From Monocercomonoides exilis PA203 (Eukaryota; Protista; Preaxostyla): a stretch of DNA of 64,000 bases. Below, piece by piece: positions 44,401 to 54,200 of this stretch; the stretch's first letter is position 1, and the number at the start of each line of letters is the position of its first letter. The stretch is from NCBI GenBank assembly GCA_001643675.2, contig LSRY02000002.1, positions 310,001 to 374,000 on the forward strand. Direction: 5' to 3'. A program made the translations under genes and the position numbers. Under the pieces are notes generated by a model that was not told where the DNA came from, made no database searches, and saw only the letters and a program-made list of their open reading frames with translations.

Positions 44401-47328
44401 CCCGGCTTTGCTTCTCCGCATCGCTCTATCTTTGGCGTGAGGAGTGGAAATCTGACGCTCAGTGACTGCACAATCACGTCAGAAGAGCCGGCGCAGCTGG
44501 CAAATACTGTAATTTGTGTTGAGAGTCATTGTTTGTGTTTGAGCAATGTTTCGTTCTCGGCCATCCGCCTGCAGGCATCAAGGCAACAGTCATCAGCAGC
44601 AGCATTTGGAGCAAAGCAATTTGGACAGTCTTCTTTTGCTTTGTCTTTATTTGAGCCAGAAGCAGGGAATTCATTCATTGAGGCCTGCTCAGGCGCTGCT
44701 GTGATGCTGGATGGTGTCTGCTTCAAAGAGCTATCTTTATTTGTCGTGTCGGGCGATGCCTCGCAGTCGGCTCATGTCATCAAGTGCGAGTCGTCGTCTC
44801 TGACAGCCAGCGGACTGAGAATAGAAGATTGTTCTGTTTCTTTCATAACACCTTCCGATTCTTCATCCTCTTCATCATTATCATCTTCATCGTCTTCTCA
44901 TTATCCCAATTCCTTTGAATCATCAGCAAACTCTCTCATTTCTGTGTCTGGTGGCAGCGTGGCTGTGCTGGGAGACATTCAGATTGAGCATGTTTTCGAG
45001 TGCTGCGGTGTGCTCTCTGCAGAAAGTGGGTGCAAAGTGCAAGTGAAGCGGAGCAACGTCTCTTCGCTCTCTTCGCACTCGTCTGCCTTTGCAGCCGAAA
45101 TGGCAGCGTCTTTTGTGCTGAGAGAAGTTCATATCAGCCAAGTGACTGTGGAAGAAGGATGCTTGTTTGCTCTTCTGCCTCCTCTTTCTCCTCGTCTTTC
45201 TCATCTTTTCAATGAAAAATCGGATAACATTGGATTTGATTCTAATCTTTTCAAAGCAGCCGATGAAGATAATAACGCATCATTTGAGTTGGTTCTGTGT
45301 GAAGTGAGGGATGTGCAGCTGAAGCATTTGGAAGGAGCAGCTGTGAAAGCAGCCAGTTGGAACAGCCGCATTCTGATTGACTCGTGTGTGTTCAGCAACA
45401 TCAGCGGGCAGCGCGAAAGAGGAAGCTATTTGGATTTAACCTCGTGTGGAAATGTTGCAATAGAAAAGAGCTCGTTTTGTGGGATTTCCGAAAAGAAAAA
45501 TAACAACATACAGAATGTTCATTCAAAAGCGAAAGAAAACGGTGAAATTGGTGAAGAAACTGATTTTGTGTGTGAATGGAACAGCTCATCAGTCAACTTT
45601 GTAGAAAGCACAGTGAATATAAGAGATGCCTCATTTGAGAACTTCTCTCAAGGAGCCATTTCTCTGTCTAACTCGACTGTAACGATTGAAATGGGGATGT
45701 TTCAGAACAACAATCCATTTGTTTCAGGCTATCCTTCTCTTCGGCGCAACATTTTGTGTTCAGATGGAAGCACGTTGAATGTGAAGAGTGTGAATGGAGG
45801 AGACGGAATGAAGGACAACCCCTCATTTTGGGTGCTGGACAAAGATGGCACTTTGAATAAGAGTGATACAGAAGTTCCACTGTCTTTCTTTGTTCCTTCG
45901 ATTAAGTCTGTTGAAAAATCAGAGAACGAAAACAAAGACATCGAATTGAAATTCATTGGCGCGCTTTTGCTGCCTTGTTCGCCTGTTTTGAGGGTTCATC
46001 GGATTGAAGGAGAAATAACAACGATTGAAGATTTGGCAATAAAAGAGCTGAAGAGCATTGACGAAAACACATTGGAATGTCTGATTGACAGCTCTGCAAA
46101 AGGCAAATTGGAAAATGAATGCAAAGTTGCTGTTCTTCTTCAGTTTCGAGATGAGCACAACAATTCGATTGCGCAAACGAATGAATTTGTGATCAACGAA
46201 GCACAACCACCGACAACAGACGAAGACACCAACAGGACAGACGAAGGTGAAATTAAAAGAGAAATAAATGCGAGTGACACAGGGAGCAGCACCGAAAAAA
46301 AGAGTGTGATTGAATGGAGTTTAATTGCATTGGTTGGATGTGCATTTGTTTTTGTGGTATTTGTGTTGGGACTTGTTGGGGTTGTGTGTGTTCTGAGGAA
46401 GAGGCTGAAGAAAGCAGAGAAGAAAATTGAGGAAGTGAGCTTCGAAAACATGGTTCTGATGGGAAAAATTGAGAGGAGAAGAGGAGAAAACAATGGAGGA
46501 AGCTTTGAGATGAGCGAGATGCCATCGACTTTGCTGGAGGGGATGACGAGCCAGATCCCACTTCTCATTGACAACGATGAAGATCTTCCAGAGCCTCCGT
46601 CAATGACTGATGAAGAGTTGAACGAAAATGATCTGCCAGATTTGGAGTTGCCATTGCCATTTTCTGAGGATGATTGTGTTTCATTGGTATCTCAATCTCA
46701 TTCATTCAATGTCATATCAGCAAAGAAACCATTTCGAGAGAAGGAGAAAAAGAACCTGAAAACGTTGCACTCGACAATTCATTCAGTTGAAGGGGATTTC
46801 ACACTGGGAACAAGAGCGATGGAAGTTGTTGATGGGAAGGAAGTTGTTTTGGCGGTGGCAGAGCTGTTTGAGCATCTGATTTCAGCTGGAGACGAAAGGG
46901 TGGAAATGATGGGGAAGCAATTGTGCCCGTATTCAATCTTTGTTGAGGAAGGAAATGGAAATGGAAATGAAGTATTTGTCTTGGGAGAGGAATTGGAGGA
47001 TGAGAGGCAGAAAGAGGAAATGAAGCGATGGCAGGCACCAGAGCTGGGGAATGAAAGGAACGAAGAGGAAGAGGATGGGATTGAGCAGGCAGTTGTGTTT
47101 TCACTTGGGCTGATTCTGCATGAGATGACAACAGGAGAAGTGCCGTTGAGCGAGTGTGGTGCAGAAGAAGCACAGGAGATGATGAGGGATGGGGTGCGAC
47201 CGCTGACAGAAGGAATCGAAGGAGAAGAAATGGTTGAGCTGATGGAGAGGATGTGGGCAGATGAGCCAAATGAAAGACCTTCGTTGGCTGAGGTGATTCA
47301 GTTGCTGATGGAGATGGCAGAGGGTTGA
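35500..47328 (+). CDS. Giant single-exon type-I surface protein: signal peptide, beta-helix (Pmp/pectin-lyase-like) ectodomain with 7 stalk modules, TM helix, degenerate kinase C-lobe; ~3,942 aa
   Basis: 11.9-kb ORF (track start 35422; likelier start MRLLHLVCAFFYLAA at 35500). Repeated GGA[IFL]/GGG.YL...F..N.A..G.D motifs. TM WSLIALVGCAFVFVVFVLGLVGVVCVL-RKRLKK at ~46315-46413. RWQAPE, VVFSLGLILHEMTTGEVP and MWADEPNERPS match kinase subdomains VIII, IX and XI. Confidence 0.88.
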   Translation: MRLLHLVCAFFYLAAEQLASLNHEKAAIKPKEQFLPAVLLTNSSLKSSNLVLDERGCSAVFSVDKDSKLHLTRVTSLKPVSHFHPSCVSSGQCFFVNFSVAFEAAWNRSVCSLTGLSGGAGRSSVLFSSFDSLVFCPSKSSSLVCGGIGDFESVEGCAFSNVTAKEEPIKELQMADHLSAVNSSVLLNNTFFRCADVYYGTVVHGLSPSSPACDFRSSFDRFIQCTHSQSTEKSSKFHLSKTERKEMEKQNGIFENEEWVECQGQQGGAIYFNGYRVNYNWDLNISNSVFEKCHSEDKGGAIYIHKIYRHKCTGCHFFGNTAVNDPQDIYFANPDTFHAPGNYIFSNSYSTTTGSRFVINGQGDFSNYIATMNEQRSIKPSGVDEWGCGLGALPCQTIVYAYSAQRTKYIMPMLCEEGTYAPPTLTISEKPLTLAGTGMDKTTIGNSYANNAIFMVSRNKLVVQNLCFLLSTSNARILRMTSASSFSSSVHSSNEPNSFYSSNCGQSNSQFESIKINQTANSELSTSLFLIESGQFSVSKLTAVNIKLSNSAFSFFFFSSCDNPSISDCVFNGITALSSYTSAYSPIFTHLSSSNAKLSLQNCSFNNISSKDCGTGGCLAFNAKLTSSSSDSSFSNVASSLSIVNCSFSLCASRPTNSKGGAIYANYGQSKPTAADFYVFNTSFSSNQATFGSDLYFVCLNFEESVNETLFGFVSTAESIKGIQMSAFGNDFNYFQVDPVDLRIFLKGYFAVCVYAASGSDSVDRIFCGEIRRKCSTVNYALSRLASSSSSSSSSSHSNGQRTVFISGASTVTSSGNLLNSVSISAEATLAAKSSFSSSSSSSFSSSDSVKANLRIPSSVSGQSSYIFHSSDETSLNSLAFSIAPSVTDEVKHLLRSLISLQNGILTLSDCAFQWDESSSNSYSSSLILISSEQRADAKLVINQCTISHSAPLAISAPIFDLSQGSISSQFSSLHIHNVTSSSRSSAVFAFKSISSSSDSDSSSSSSEANPQTSFSQCSFASIKGSEGTNALFSTSPLMTGSVVFELCNLTDCVGASSTEGGGMRWDVCGSEEMKMINCNISSCAAKESAGSSRGKGGGVYLILNGSSSDFLFESCTFSGNRAEVGRDVFIQCEKLSQAADLSKYVDVFSSAFDAENSFFGAESATLSNNADLLDAMRYRSTVVFVCGIAPSSSSAINFAINSDPSAPTSQTGIDWFRCGALDDPCETIDFGLKQKAAPETEAEAEEDKIQTIKVKESSFIKAEIDLSDSILTSAKESEECRVDFVRSIPKATGTAITNTKTMKMAHVSFNVPTSFTNGMTLLISSQSGTAKFESCNFYLNSSSSFAHSNGNADADSFSFPLVGVSSGVLSVVSCCFGSNSAVNFGSGLMEISDSVDFTFDTATFQNLCVHSDCLFKVVHSNEPSLLHSTSAFAYASAPTRAQTEQTKREGEGNVSDEDFSEYSFKFMNCTFNSISSVSSVSSAVQTGKASLLSPKHAVGVVLSNCTVSTCLSEGSLEGGALRLSASCQAPFTLKKSSISSCACNTASGKGGFLFLCLDGRDAEFNFEELTFSGNEAKVGESMFLACTELNASIKTSKFNFDFSGFAGNINAFVGNDTKYGNTDLTVFLFAYLGSPINVGSEGLDSVGCGAHVPCFSFWTSIKHIDTNASNKRIIITSSTDIEDEHDISGLTISSQNALDSLSGSPSPSSTLSIHSKLNSLNNSQKGVLVNSRRATIEDVLISIPSSFLDGNSASINENVLFASECDDAADLGGSGLSLTKCMFQKQTDEPVKFKLVAAMKGKVSLCDVWVEEMAFSCSAFAFSSGGVLWFEECHFSSVNLEPKSFIEMLEVEKPKNEREREKEGEGEGDSSTAVLLLNASSFSSINNGASNPCSSIFSLQNSYEIDVVGCTFQTLGSEGCKKGGAMSFELKGADGQLKMRNVGVTNSICSSSEGFGGGIYLICATDNNDRYSFAEISVGGNKAHQGRDMFIVANDLRNGVNSELFAFATQFEDKTNALVGFDRSYFNEAVDLMIFVEGFVSASVLVEAPAGQNEVFCGNKYVPCQSLDYSVKRLAECNADVPLRVITVKSNGSIENDISLNSVNVVSFGRGNSGINISTNTQFASGSVVSSIADLSFSSIDFYIPSVFAIETPEGASLFSSSTETGNIQFSSCSFILTSSESQDVSSRVHLISVLGGVVQLSQCHADKATFSASPFVISQTAQASFEGVSFTHLSFSACSLFDLISSTPEAKNDYSSSANQESQPVEISFKNCEFKSLHVSEYDEQPSFGSVQLETHLSIVNCSLDDLTSGLSEEGGGMKIELGTEGSFCLKGENSEQFSSVSHCTCSTFVGKGGFLYLSCCNSIDGFTLSDLVFSENEAFVGRNVFILSSDLNASVVIERLMFDWTEWKNTTAFFGADEVNFTEGISLDKLLFEHTGTSVVVSSSGRDIRGCGSEREPCLSFWEGMRHFREGVQFREIKINTSAVISDEWDLSNSSISTAVPSSPGYSSSSSSSDEPSSDECTINVGKTIQSLSEPSEAVLTNKLMLTFTSINFCLPSSFETPQKELLFTEAGTATLNKCSFVMQTAEEGIAFVLFHVSSGTLSIEESKMAELSFATSAIRLAAPAAHFVASTFSVDVLNFADGSFISVGDTEEKGDEESSLSGNGKEMIASEIRLENLQWHLIRSTSAKASIISYESALSVELTMDNSTFSDCNSESLLGGAFCVWMKEKAGRLADSWANEGSLVANLSSFVTCACSTSEGRGGAIALNCLDDPEHSDAQSAEKAKALPIKFRLIRFSLNRASVGKDLFIVSRSIAEQINEALFAMDFSELAFDRNNAIFGMDKENEELIDLVPFIVFYKSERIFVSAEKGKNEKDCGRREDPCETLSEAVRHLNNEPYQSVLVVKKAAVSAEMAISSATVQTVGGSQAVFEFNCEIAQTDGSADCVVSSSEECSILGMDIVFGPGFASPHRSIFGVRSGNLTLSDCTITSEEPAQLANTVICVESHCLCLSNVSFSAIRLQASRQQSSAAAFGAKQFGQSSFALSLFEPEAGNSFIEACSGAAVMLDGVCFKELSLFVVSGDASQSAHVIKCESSSLTASGLRIEDCSVSFITPSDSSSSSSLSSSSSSHYPNSFESSANSLISVSGGSVAVLGDIQIEHVFECCGVLSAESGCKVQVKRSNVSSLSSHSSAFAAEMAASFVLREVHISQVTVEEGCLFALLPPLSPRLSHLFNEKSDNIGFDSNLFKAADEDNNASFELVLCEVRDVQLKHLEGAAVKAASWNSRILIDSCVFSNISGQRERGSYLDLTSCGNVAIEKSSFCGISEKKNNNIQNVHSKAKENGEIGEETDFVCEWNSSSVNFVESTVNIRDASFENFSQGAISLSNSTVTIEMGMFQNNNPFVSGYPSLRRNILCSDGSTLNVKSVNGGDGMKDNPSFWVLDKDGTLNKSDTEVPLSFFVPSIKSVEKSENENKDIELKFIGALLLPCSPVLRVHRIEGEITTIEDLAIKELKSIDENTLECLIDSSAKGKLENECKVAVLLQFRDEHNNSIAQTNEFVINEAQPPTTDEDTNRTDEGEIKREINASDTGSSTEKKSVIEWSLIALVGCAFVFVVFVLGLVGVVCVLRKRLKKAEKKIEEVSFENMVLMGKIERRRGENNGGSFEMSEMPSTLLEGMTSQIPLLIDNDEDLPEPPSMTDEELNENDLPDLELPLPFSEDDCVSLVSQSHSFNVISAKKPFREKEKKNLKTLHSTIHSVEGDFTLGTRAMEVVDGKEVVLAVAELFEHLISAGDERVEMMGKQLCPYSIFVEEGNGNGNEVFVLGEELEDERQKEEMKRWQAPELGNERNEEEEDGIEQAVVFSLGLILHEMTTGEVPLSECGAEEAQEMMRDGVRPLTEGIEGEEMVELMERMWADEPNERPSLAEVIQLLMEMAEG

Positions 47329-47640
47329 GAGTGGCAGCAGAGCTTCTGTTTATTTGTTGTGATTTCAATAGGAAATAAGTCAAGAGCACAGAAGCACAAG
47401 AAAACCAAAAAGAAAGCTATGAATCTTCCAATCGATTTGCTCAAAATTATAAAGATTGTGAAAATGAATAGATTTCCCTCTTTCTTCTTCTTCTTCTTTT
47501 TCTTCTCTTTCTTCTTGTTATTCTTTTTGAACATCATTTTTCAAAAGAGCTTTATGTTTTTTTGCAATTTTTTGTTCTTTCTTTTTTTGATTTTTCGTTT
47601 CGGAGTATTGATTGATTTGTTCTCATTTAGCCATTCCTTT

Positions 47641-47820
47641 TTTCTGAGAATTTTCAGTTGATGTTATTATTGTTATTTTTTATTCCATTTGTTCTGTTTT
47701 ATTTTAACATTGCTCATTCATTCAAGTTTTTCTTTCATGTTTGCTGGAGCAAAATAATCTCTCGCTGTGTCTGCGTTTGTGCACATTTATTCCCTTTTCC
47801 ATCTGGGTCATAATTTTTGC
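47641..47820 (+). repeat. Dispersed ~180-bp repeat, copy 1 (3' flank of giant receptor gene 1)
   Basis: TTCTGAGAATTTTCA...TTTTATTCCATTT...TTTTAACATTG.TCATTCATTCA...GAGCAAAATAATCTC...TTTGTGCACATTTATTCCCTTTTCCATCT recurs at 60959-61140. Confidence 0.85.
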
Positions 47821-48129
47821 ATTTTAGGAAAAAAAAACAAGATTTATTTCAAATATTTTCTGTTTGTATATCTCACAAAATTTAACATTCTCATGGAAAT
47901 AATATATGTATGATCAATTTTGGAATCATGTTTTTTCCTTTCAAAATCTTCTATTTGATTTTTTATCAGAAAAAATTGGAGATCACTCCAATATTATTGA
48001 TAAGGAACAAAAATTGGTTCGTTGCATTTATTAAAATTAAGATATTTACGTTGTAAACAATTTCTAAACAAGAATTCTCAGTAAAAATAATGAAAAATAA
48101 CTCAAATTCAAAAAATTTTTTTCAATCGA

Positions 48130-51100
48130 AAAGGGCACCAGTGTTTAGCTTTGAAATAAATCATCGCAGCTGAAGGGCTGTTTTGCAGCACCTGGCGATG
48201 AAAAGCAGCACGAAAGATACGCATTCCTTGCAGATGAATCCAATAAGCTTTGAAACTCTGAAAAGTCTTTGCTTAACTTTGATAATGAAGGTAGATTCCA
48301 TGACAACCTCAACATGTTCCGAATGGTAATTTCAAAAGTGTCAGTGAAATGGTCGGGTGCTTCTTCCTCGCTCTCTCAGTTGCGACTTTTTGTTCATTTC
48401 TTCACCATCTTCTGCCTGGTATGTTGAATTGTTTGCTCCTTCACTTGACCTGCCACGTTTCTTCTTTCTTTCGTCTTCCTCTTCATCTTTTGCATTCTTT
48501 GTCTCATTCTTCATTTCATGCTCTCTTCTTTGCGCTGCCAGAATGAGAAACGCTTTCATCTTCAGCCACTTATTCGCTCTAACAACAAGCATGCTCGCCA
48601 TAACGTATTTGATGGTAAACGAGGAGCCAAACGATGTGCTCGACATTGAAATTGTACGAAATGGCAATGAATGTGATTTTGGCGCAGAAGCAGAAAAGGC
48701 AGAAGAAGAACAAGAAGATGACGATGATATTGATGAAGATGAAGATGAAGCAGAAGAAGAAAAGGAGGATGATGAGATGGAGGAGGAGATGGAGGAGGAG
48801 ATGGAGGAGGAGGAGAAGAAGGCGCATTTGATTATTCTGATGAAGCTGATAAAAAGCGCGGAAATGCAGATGAGAAAGAAGGGTTGAAAAGAAAAGGAGA
48901 AGGTTGTGAAGGAACAGTAGACGAGGAACAATTGACAAATTGCGAGCCAAATGGCGATGAAGGGCGCAAAAGAGCATTAACAGAAGAAGAAATAGAAGAA
49001 GAAGAAGAAATCAAATCACTTACAAGAGTCAAAAGAAGCACAGAAGATAATTGCAATGAAGATGCAGTGGAAAAGGTAAATGCAGCTGAATCAGACGAAA
49101 ATTATTTAGAAGCATTCGAAGAAGGAGGATGCACTGCCAATGCTGTTGCTATTGAAGCTGCTGGTGGGATGCCTATTTCAGTTGTGAAAAAGGGATGAGG
49201 AAGAGAAGAAGAAGAGCCACGCACAAAACTGCAAGGAGAGCCAGATGACTTGTGGAAAGAAGAGCTGGCATCCCATCTCGCCAACTTCGAGGAACCCAAG
49301 GGAAAATGTGATATCTTTAGCTTCGGAAGAGCAGGCGAAGACACATTTGCCGAAGGGTCACACGGCGAGGGAGGAGACGACAGCGCCAAAGACAAGCTGC
49401 CCTGCTGTGCCGCCTGCTACTGCACTGCCATCAGGCTCTTCAGCCGCTCCATCTCAGTCCTGCTCAAAGTCCATGCACGCCAGTGAATGAAAAGCGACTG
49501 TGAATGCGACACAGAAAGAGCACAGAGGACAGACAGCGATGCCATCAGAGAGAATGCAATGCACAGGATGAGCTGCGGGGCAAGTGCTGAGCGATAACAA
49601 AAACAAGAAGTAGAAGATGAAGAAGAATGAGTACTGAGAACATAACGATGAGGAAGAAACAACAGAGTGTGCGAGCGTCGGATCAAAGACGGCTGCCAAA
49701 AGCTGCTGAAGCTCCTAGTCGATGATTGCTACAAAGCCTCTATTGAACATCCCTGCTCGTCTGCCTCGCATCGCTGCGCTGAACACAGACACCCAAATAC
49801 CCTCTTCTCTGAAGAGCTATCTTTTTTCATCCGTCAATGATCCATGCCTCTCGCCCCCTGTGCCATCAAAGGTTTCAGCACTGGCAGCGGCATAAACAAC
49901 CCATCAAAATTGGTCGCATACGGAACCAGCGCATTAATCTCTTAAAATACTGCCTCAGCTGACAGTGGCACATTCAAAACATTCTACTCTGAGGCACTTC
50001 TACAAAAACAAGAAAAAAAAAGAATAGAAATTCATCAAATAAAAATGGAAATAAAAATTCCTACAAAAACGCACACACAAGTCTCTCACATCCAATCTCT
50101 CCTCTTTTCAGAAGACACTAGCAAATCATTCGATAGTCGATCTTTCACATCTTTCGTATTCTTGTTCATCCACTGTATTTTTTTTTTTTTTTTTTTTATT
50201 GCAAACATTAGAAACTGCTCAAAAAGTTTGCCATCTTTTCCTTTCAATCAATCCTTCATCGTGCTTGTAATTATGTTAATGAGTTACCATTAATCATTTT
50301 TTTCCCTTTTCTTTTCTCTTCCAAAACGACGATAATGAATGAGGATGCATGAAAATAGCATTTGACTGGTTTGTTTCAATTGCATTTCTCCATTCTTTGC
50401 ATCCACAATCATCAATGTTGTTTGTTCTTTTCCTCTTCAATAGCATCTCAATCTCTTTCTCCAAAAAATTCTACCAGTTTGCAGAATCATCAGGAATTTC
50501 TCGTATAACTTCCATGTTCCTATCAAATGAGAAAATAATAATAAAAATAAACATTTTCATTTTTCATGAAAATATTCGAATAAAACAGAGTTTGTCGCTA
50601 CCATTTGCAAATAGCACATATTCAACGCAACTCCTTTGCATTAACAAAATATGTTCATTTTCGCTTATTTCTTCATTCTGCCTCTTTCCCTTGAACTGAA
50701 ATTTCATCTCTTTCTGCCAAAAATATACATCAAAAACCCAACCCAAATGCTCATATAACCTTGTTCTACGCACCCCATCCCTTCTGCGAAAAGTGCCCAT
50801 TTCAGCAGTCGAAGCAAAAACAGTCATTTCTTTCAAAATATCGAAAATAACTTCAAATAAAAATATTACAAAAAAATCCATCAAAAGACATACATTTACA
50901 TGTGGCGCAGAACCACAAAACTTTCATCACTCATACCTCTTCCATTCATCTGTTTTCATCAATCTTCACAACATTCATTTCTTTCTCAGATGCCTTTTCT
51001 TATGAAAACACATACATTGAAATTATATGCTCTTAATCAAATGTTATTCTATCTCGGAAGCAGATATTGCTGGACAAAAAGTGACGGCTGAAATATCAGA

Positions 51101-51140
51101 ACATCAACAAAAATGGATGAATCATCCTCTATTATTCATC
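48130..51140 (-). pseudogene. Decayed multi-exon Ser-rich gene of unknown family
   Basis: Co-framed minus-strand ORFs 49417-49686, 49102-49395 and 48832-49056 are separated by single stops, then shift frame into 48341-48931. Exon-like blocks at ~50060-50170, 50320-50520 and 50590-50850 lie between AT-rich intron-like spacers. Boundaries approximate. Confidence 0.55.
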
Positions 51141-51290
51141 GGATCATAAATAAAAAGAGATATACAACAAAAGAAAATATTTATTTTTTTATAACAATAT
51201 GATATTCAACAAAAGTTGAATGTTATTTTTTTGATGATGTGCCCATATTAGTCTGTGATCGAAAAAAGAAAAGAATATTGTTGGAGAGGC

Positions 51291-54200
51291 ATGGTATTTG
51301 TGTTGTCAGGAATATTTTATTGTGTGTGGATAATTAGTGTGGAGAGCATGTGCAAGGGTGCCACAAGCGATGGAGCAGGATTTAGAGAGGAATCAGCGAA
51401 TGAAGGAGAATTGGATTATCCCAAAGGCACATGGCGAGAGAAGGCTCAAAACAACAAACATAGAGATGACCATTTATTTGATGCATATGTTGAAGGAAAA
51501 GAAGTTGAAGTGAGAGAGACCTGGAAAGAAGAGAAAATGATGAAGAAATTCATAAAACAATGGAATGAAGGAGGTGGAGAGATTGGGAAAGTTCAAAAAC
51601 GGGGTTTTTGTGATGAGTGGAAAATGTGGGGAAAGGAGGGTGCGCGTGGTGGGAGTGGGGTTGAGGGAAGTGTTGTTGCGGTCAATTCATCAATGCAACT
51701 GAATTCATTGGGATTGATGGAAATCGGTGGGGAGAGTGTGCTCAGGGCATCGGATGGAAGTTTTGTTGAGGTGAGTGGCTGTGTTGTTGGAGTTGAGAGA
51801 GAGACATCCCCCTTTGATTTTTGTGGGAGCTGTGGATTGCTCAACAACATTTCCCTCAGATCATCTTCAACCTTGACAGAACAGATATTTCCTTCACTTT
51901 TCTCTTCAAAAGCAATGGAAGGGGAGATTTCAGAGAAATGCCATGTTTCTGTTTGTTCTTCACAATTCTCTTCGTTTTGTGTGTCTTCGGCCCCATTCCT
52001 CTCATCCCCTTCGATGCCCCTTGTATCTCTTTCCAAACTGACCTTCTTCAACATCTCCACAAATCCATCGAAAACTTCACATATGGCTGAAGGGCTGGAT
52101 CAAAGTGCGTTTCTGATGAGTGGGTGCTCATTTTCATCAGTGTGGGATGTGTATGATGGGGGCATTGTCCCTTCACTGAACAGCCCCTCATCATCCTTGG
52201 CTGCCTCGAACACCTCATTTGTCAGGTGCTATCGCTCTCAGAATGTCGCAATCAGCGGGAGTGAAGGGAATCCATCGAAACCAGCGAGACAAAATCAGAC
52301 AGACAATGGGGCGAATTCGTTCACCTGGTGTGAGTGGAATGGCTCAAATACAACTGGGACAAGTGATTCTGATACAGATGGGATATCGAGCGGAGGTTCC
52401 ATTTGCATACATGATCTGCCATCAGGATCACTTTCTGTGAAATTTTGTTCGTTCAATGACTGCTATGCGTTTTATGCGGGGGGAGGAATTATGTGCCATG
52501 AGATCAGTTCTATCAAAATCGAGAACAACTCGTTCAACGCATGTACTGCCAAAAATTATCGTGGAGGAGGAATGTATGCTTATTCGATAGCTTCTTGTGT
52601 CAGGATAAGTGGTTGCGAATTCAAGAAATGCACAGCAAATGGCTATGGAGGAGGACTTTATCTGGAATATTTTCAGGTTTCGAATCCTGACTGTATTGGA
52701 ACGGAAAGTGGGAAAGGGGAGAGTGCTTGCGTGTTTGAATGCTCGTTTGCTTCATGTTCAATTGCATTTGATTGTGGTGGTGGAATGTATTGCCAAGATG
52801 TTCCGGCTGTATTCAAAATGAGGAACATCCAATTCATTTCTTGCAATGCATCGTCAACTGGCGGAGGATTGAGTTTTAATCCAAGTCAATCAACAGCACC
52901 AAGCAACAACATTTATTGCTATTTCTTCTTCTTCCACGATTGCAGATGCACAACCACTTCCACTCCATATGGCCACGATGTATTTTTCCAGGATAATAGC
53001 AATCTTTTTTCGTCGAGCAATCCATTCCATGAATCATTTTCAACAAAAAGCGATGATTATAGGGTGTGCTATGAATATTATTCGGACGGTTGGAAATATC
53101 AGCACAAAGAAAAGAAGTGGTGGTTGATGGATAAATTTTTGGATCGGTTTGTGGGGGCGAGTGGAGATGATTTGAATGAGAAATGCGGAGAGAATGAAAT
53201 TCTCCCGTGCAAAACAATCGGGCACGCGGTGGAGGCGAGCATGTTGGGGCTGAGTTCGACAATCACAGTACTAGTTGGGATGCATGTGAGCGAAGTGTCA
53301 ACGATCAGTATTGGGGAAAAGAAGATTTCTATAATTGGGAGAGGGAAGACAGCGAGCGTGATTGGGACGAATTCTCTTTCTCCGTCTTCGACAACGCTGT
53401 TTAGCATATCTTCTGGTCAACTGGAGGTGGGGCATTTGGGGATCGATCACAACGCAGCAAGAAGCTCGTCTCCGAGTGTGTTTGTGGTGTCTGTGGGGAG
53501 CGGGTCGCTTTCGCTGGAGGATGTACTGATATCAGGAACAACTGGAGGAAGTTCAATATCAGCATCTGTGTTTGAGGTGGAGCTGAGGCAGCTGAAGATG
53601 GCTGATGTGGAGATAAAAAATTTGAAAATGAGCCAACCTCTGTTTGCAGAACCACCATCATCAGGATCGTCATCAGGAGAGAGTGTTTTAGCGAATGTGA
53701 CAATTCGGAATGTGAATCGGACAACAGGAGATGGCGTGGTGATGGAAAAGAGTGTAAATGCAGGAGAGACATTTGTGGTGTGGAACACAACAATGGAAGG
53801 GTGTGAGTGCGTAAATGGGAATGGAGGAGGGATGAAGATTGAGTTGGAAGGAATATCAAGCAAAGCTCGAATTGGAGATTCAACATCGCACAGCGGTGGG
53901 ACAACAGCAATTTATCAATGCAAGAGCAGTGGAAATGGAGGAGGGATGATGCTTTCTTTGGCAGGTTCAGATGCAAAGTTTGAGTTAATTGATACTCTTG
54001 TATTTGATGGAAATGAGGCAGAATATGGAAAGAACATGTTCGTTTCGGCAAATGATTTAAACGCTTCGATTACAAATGATTCATTCAAGTTTAATTATTC
54101 CTCAATGATAGATGATAAAACTTTGTTTGTAGGAAGTGATAACATTCATTCAAACAAAGATTTGTTCATGTTCCTCGTTCCATACAGCTCCATTGAGATA

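Noticed and set aside
47324-47470. Possible terminal intron extending receptor 1 into ORF 47359-47661
   Set aside because: The spliced frame runs into low-complexity poly-Phe sequence, and the kinase-like region is already complete at the stop.
48357-49200. Plus-strand acidic ORFs as real genes
   Set aside because: Better explained as antisense of a decayed Ser/Pro-rich minus-strand gene; short and mostly non-ATG starts.
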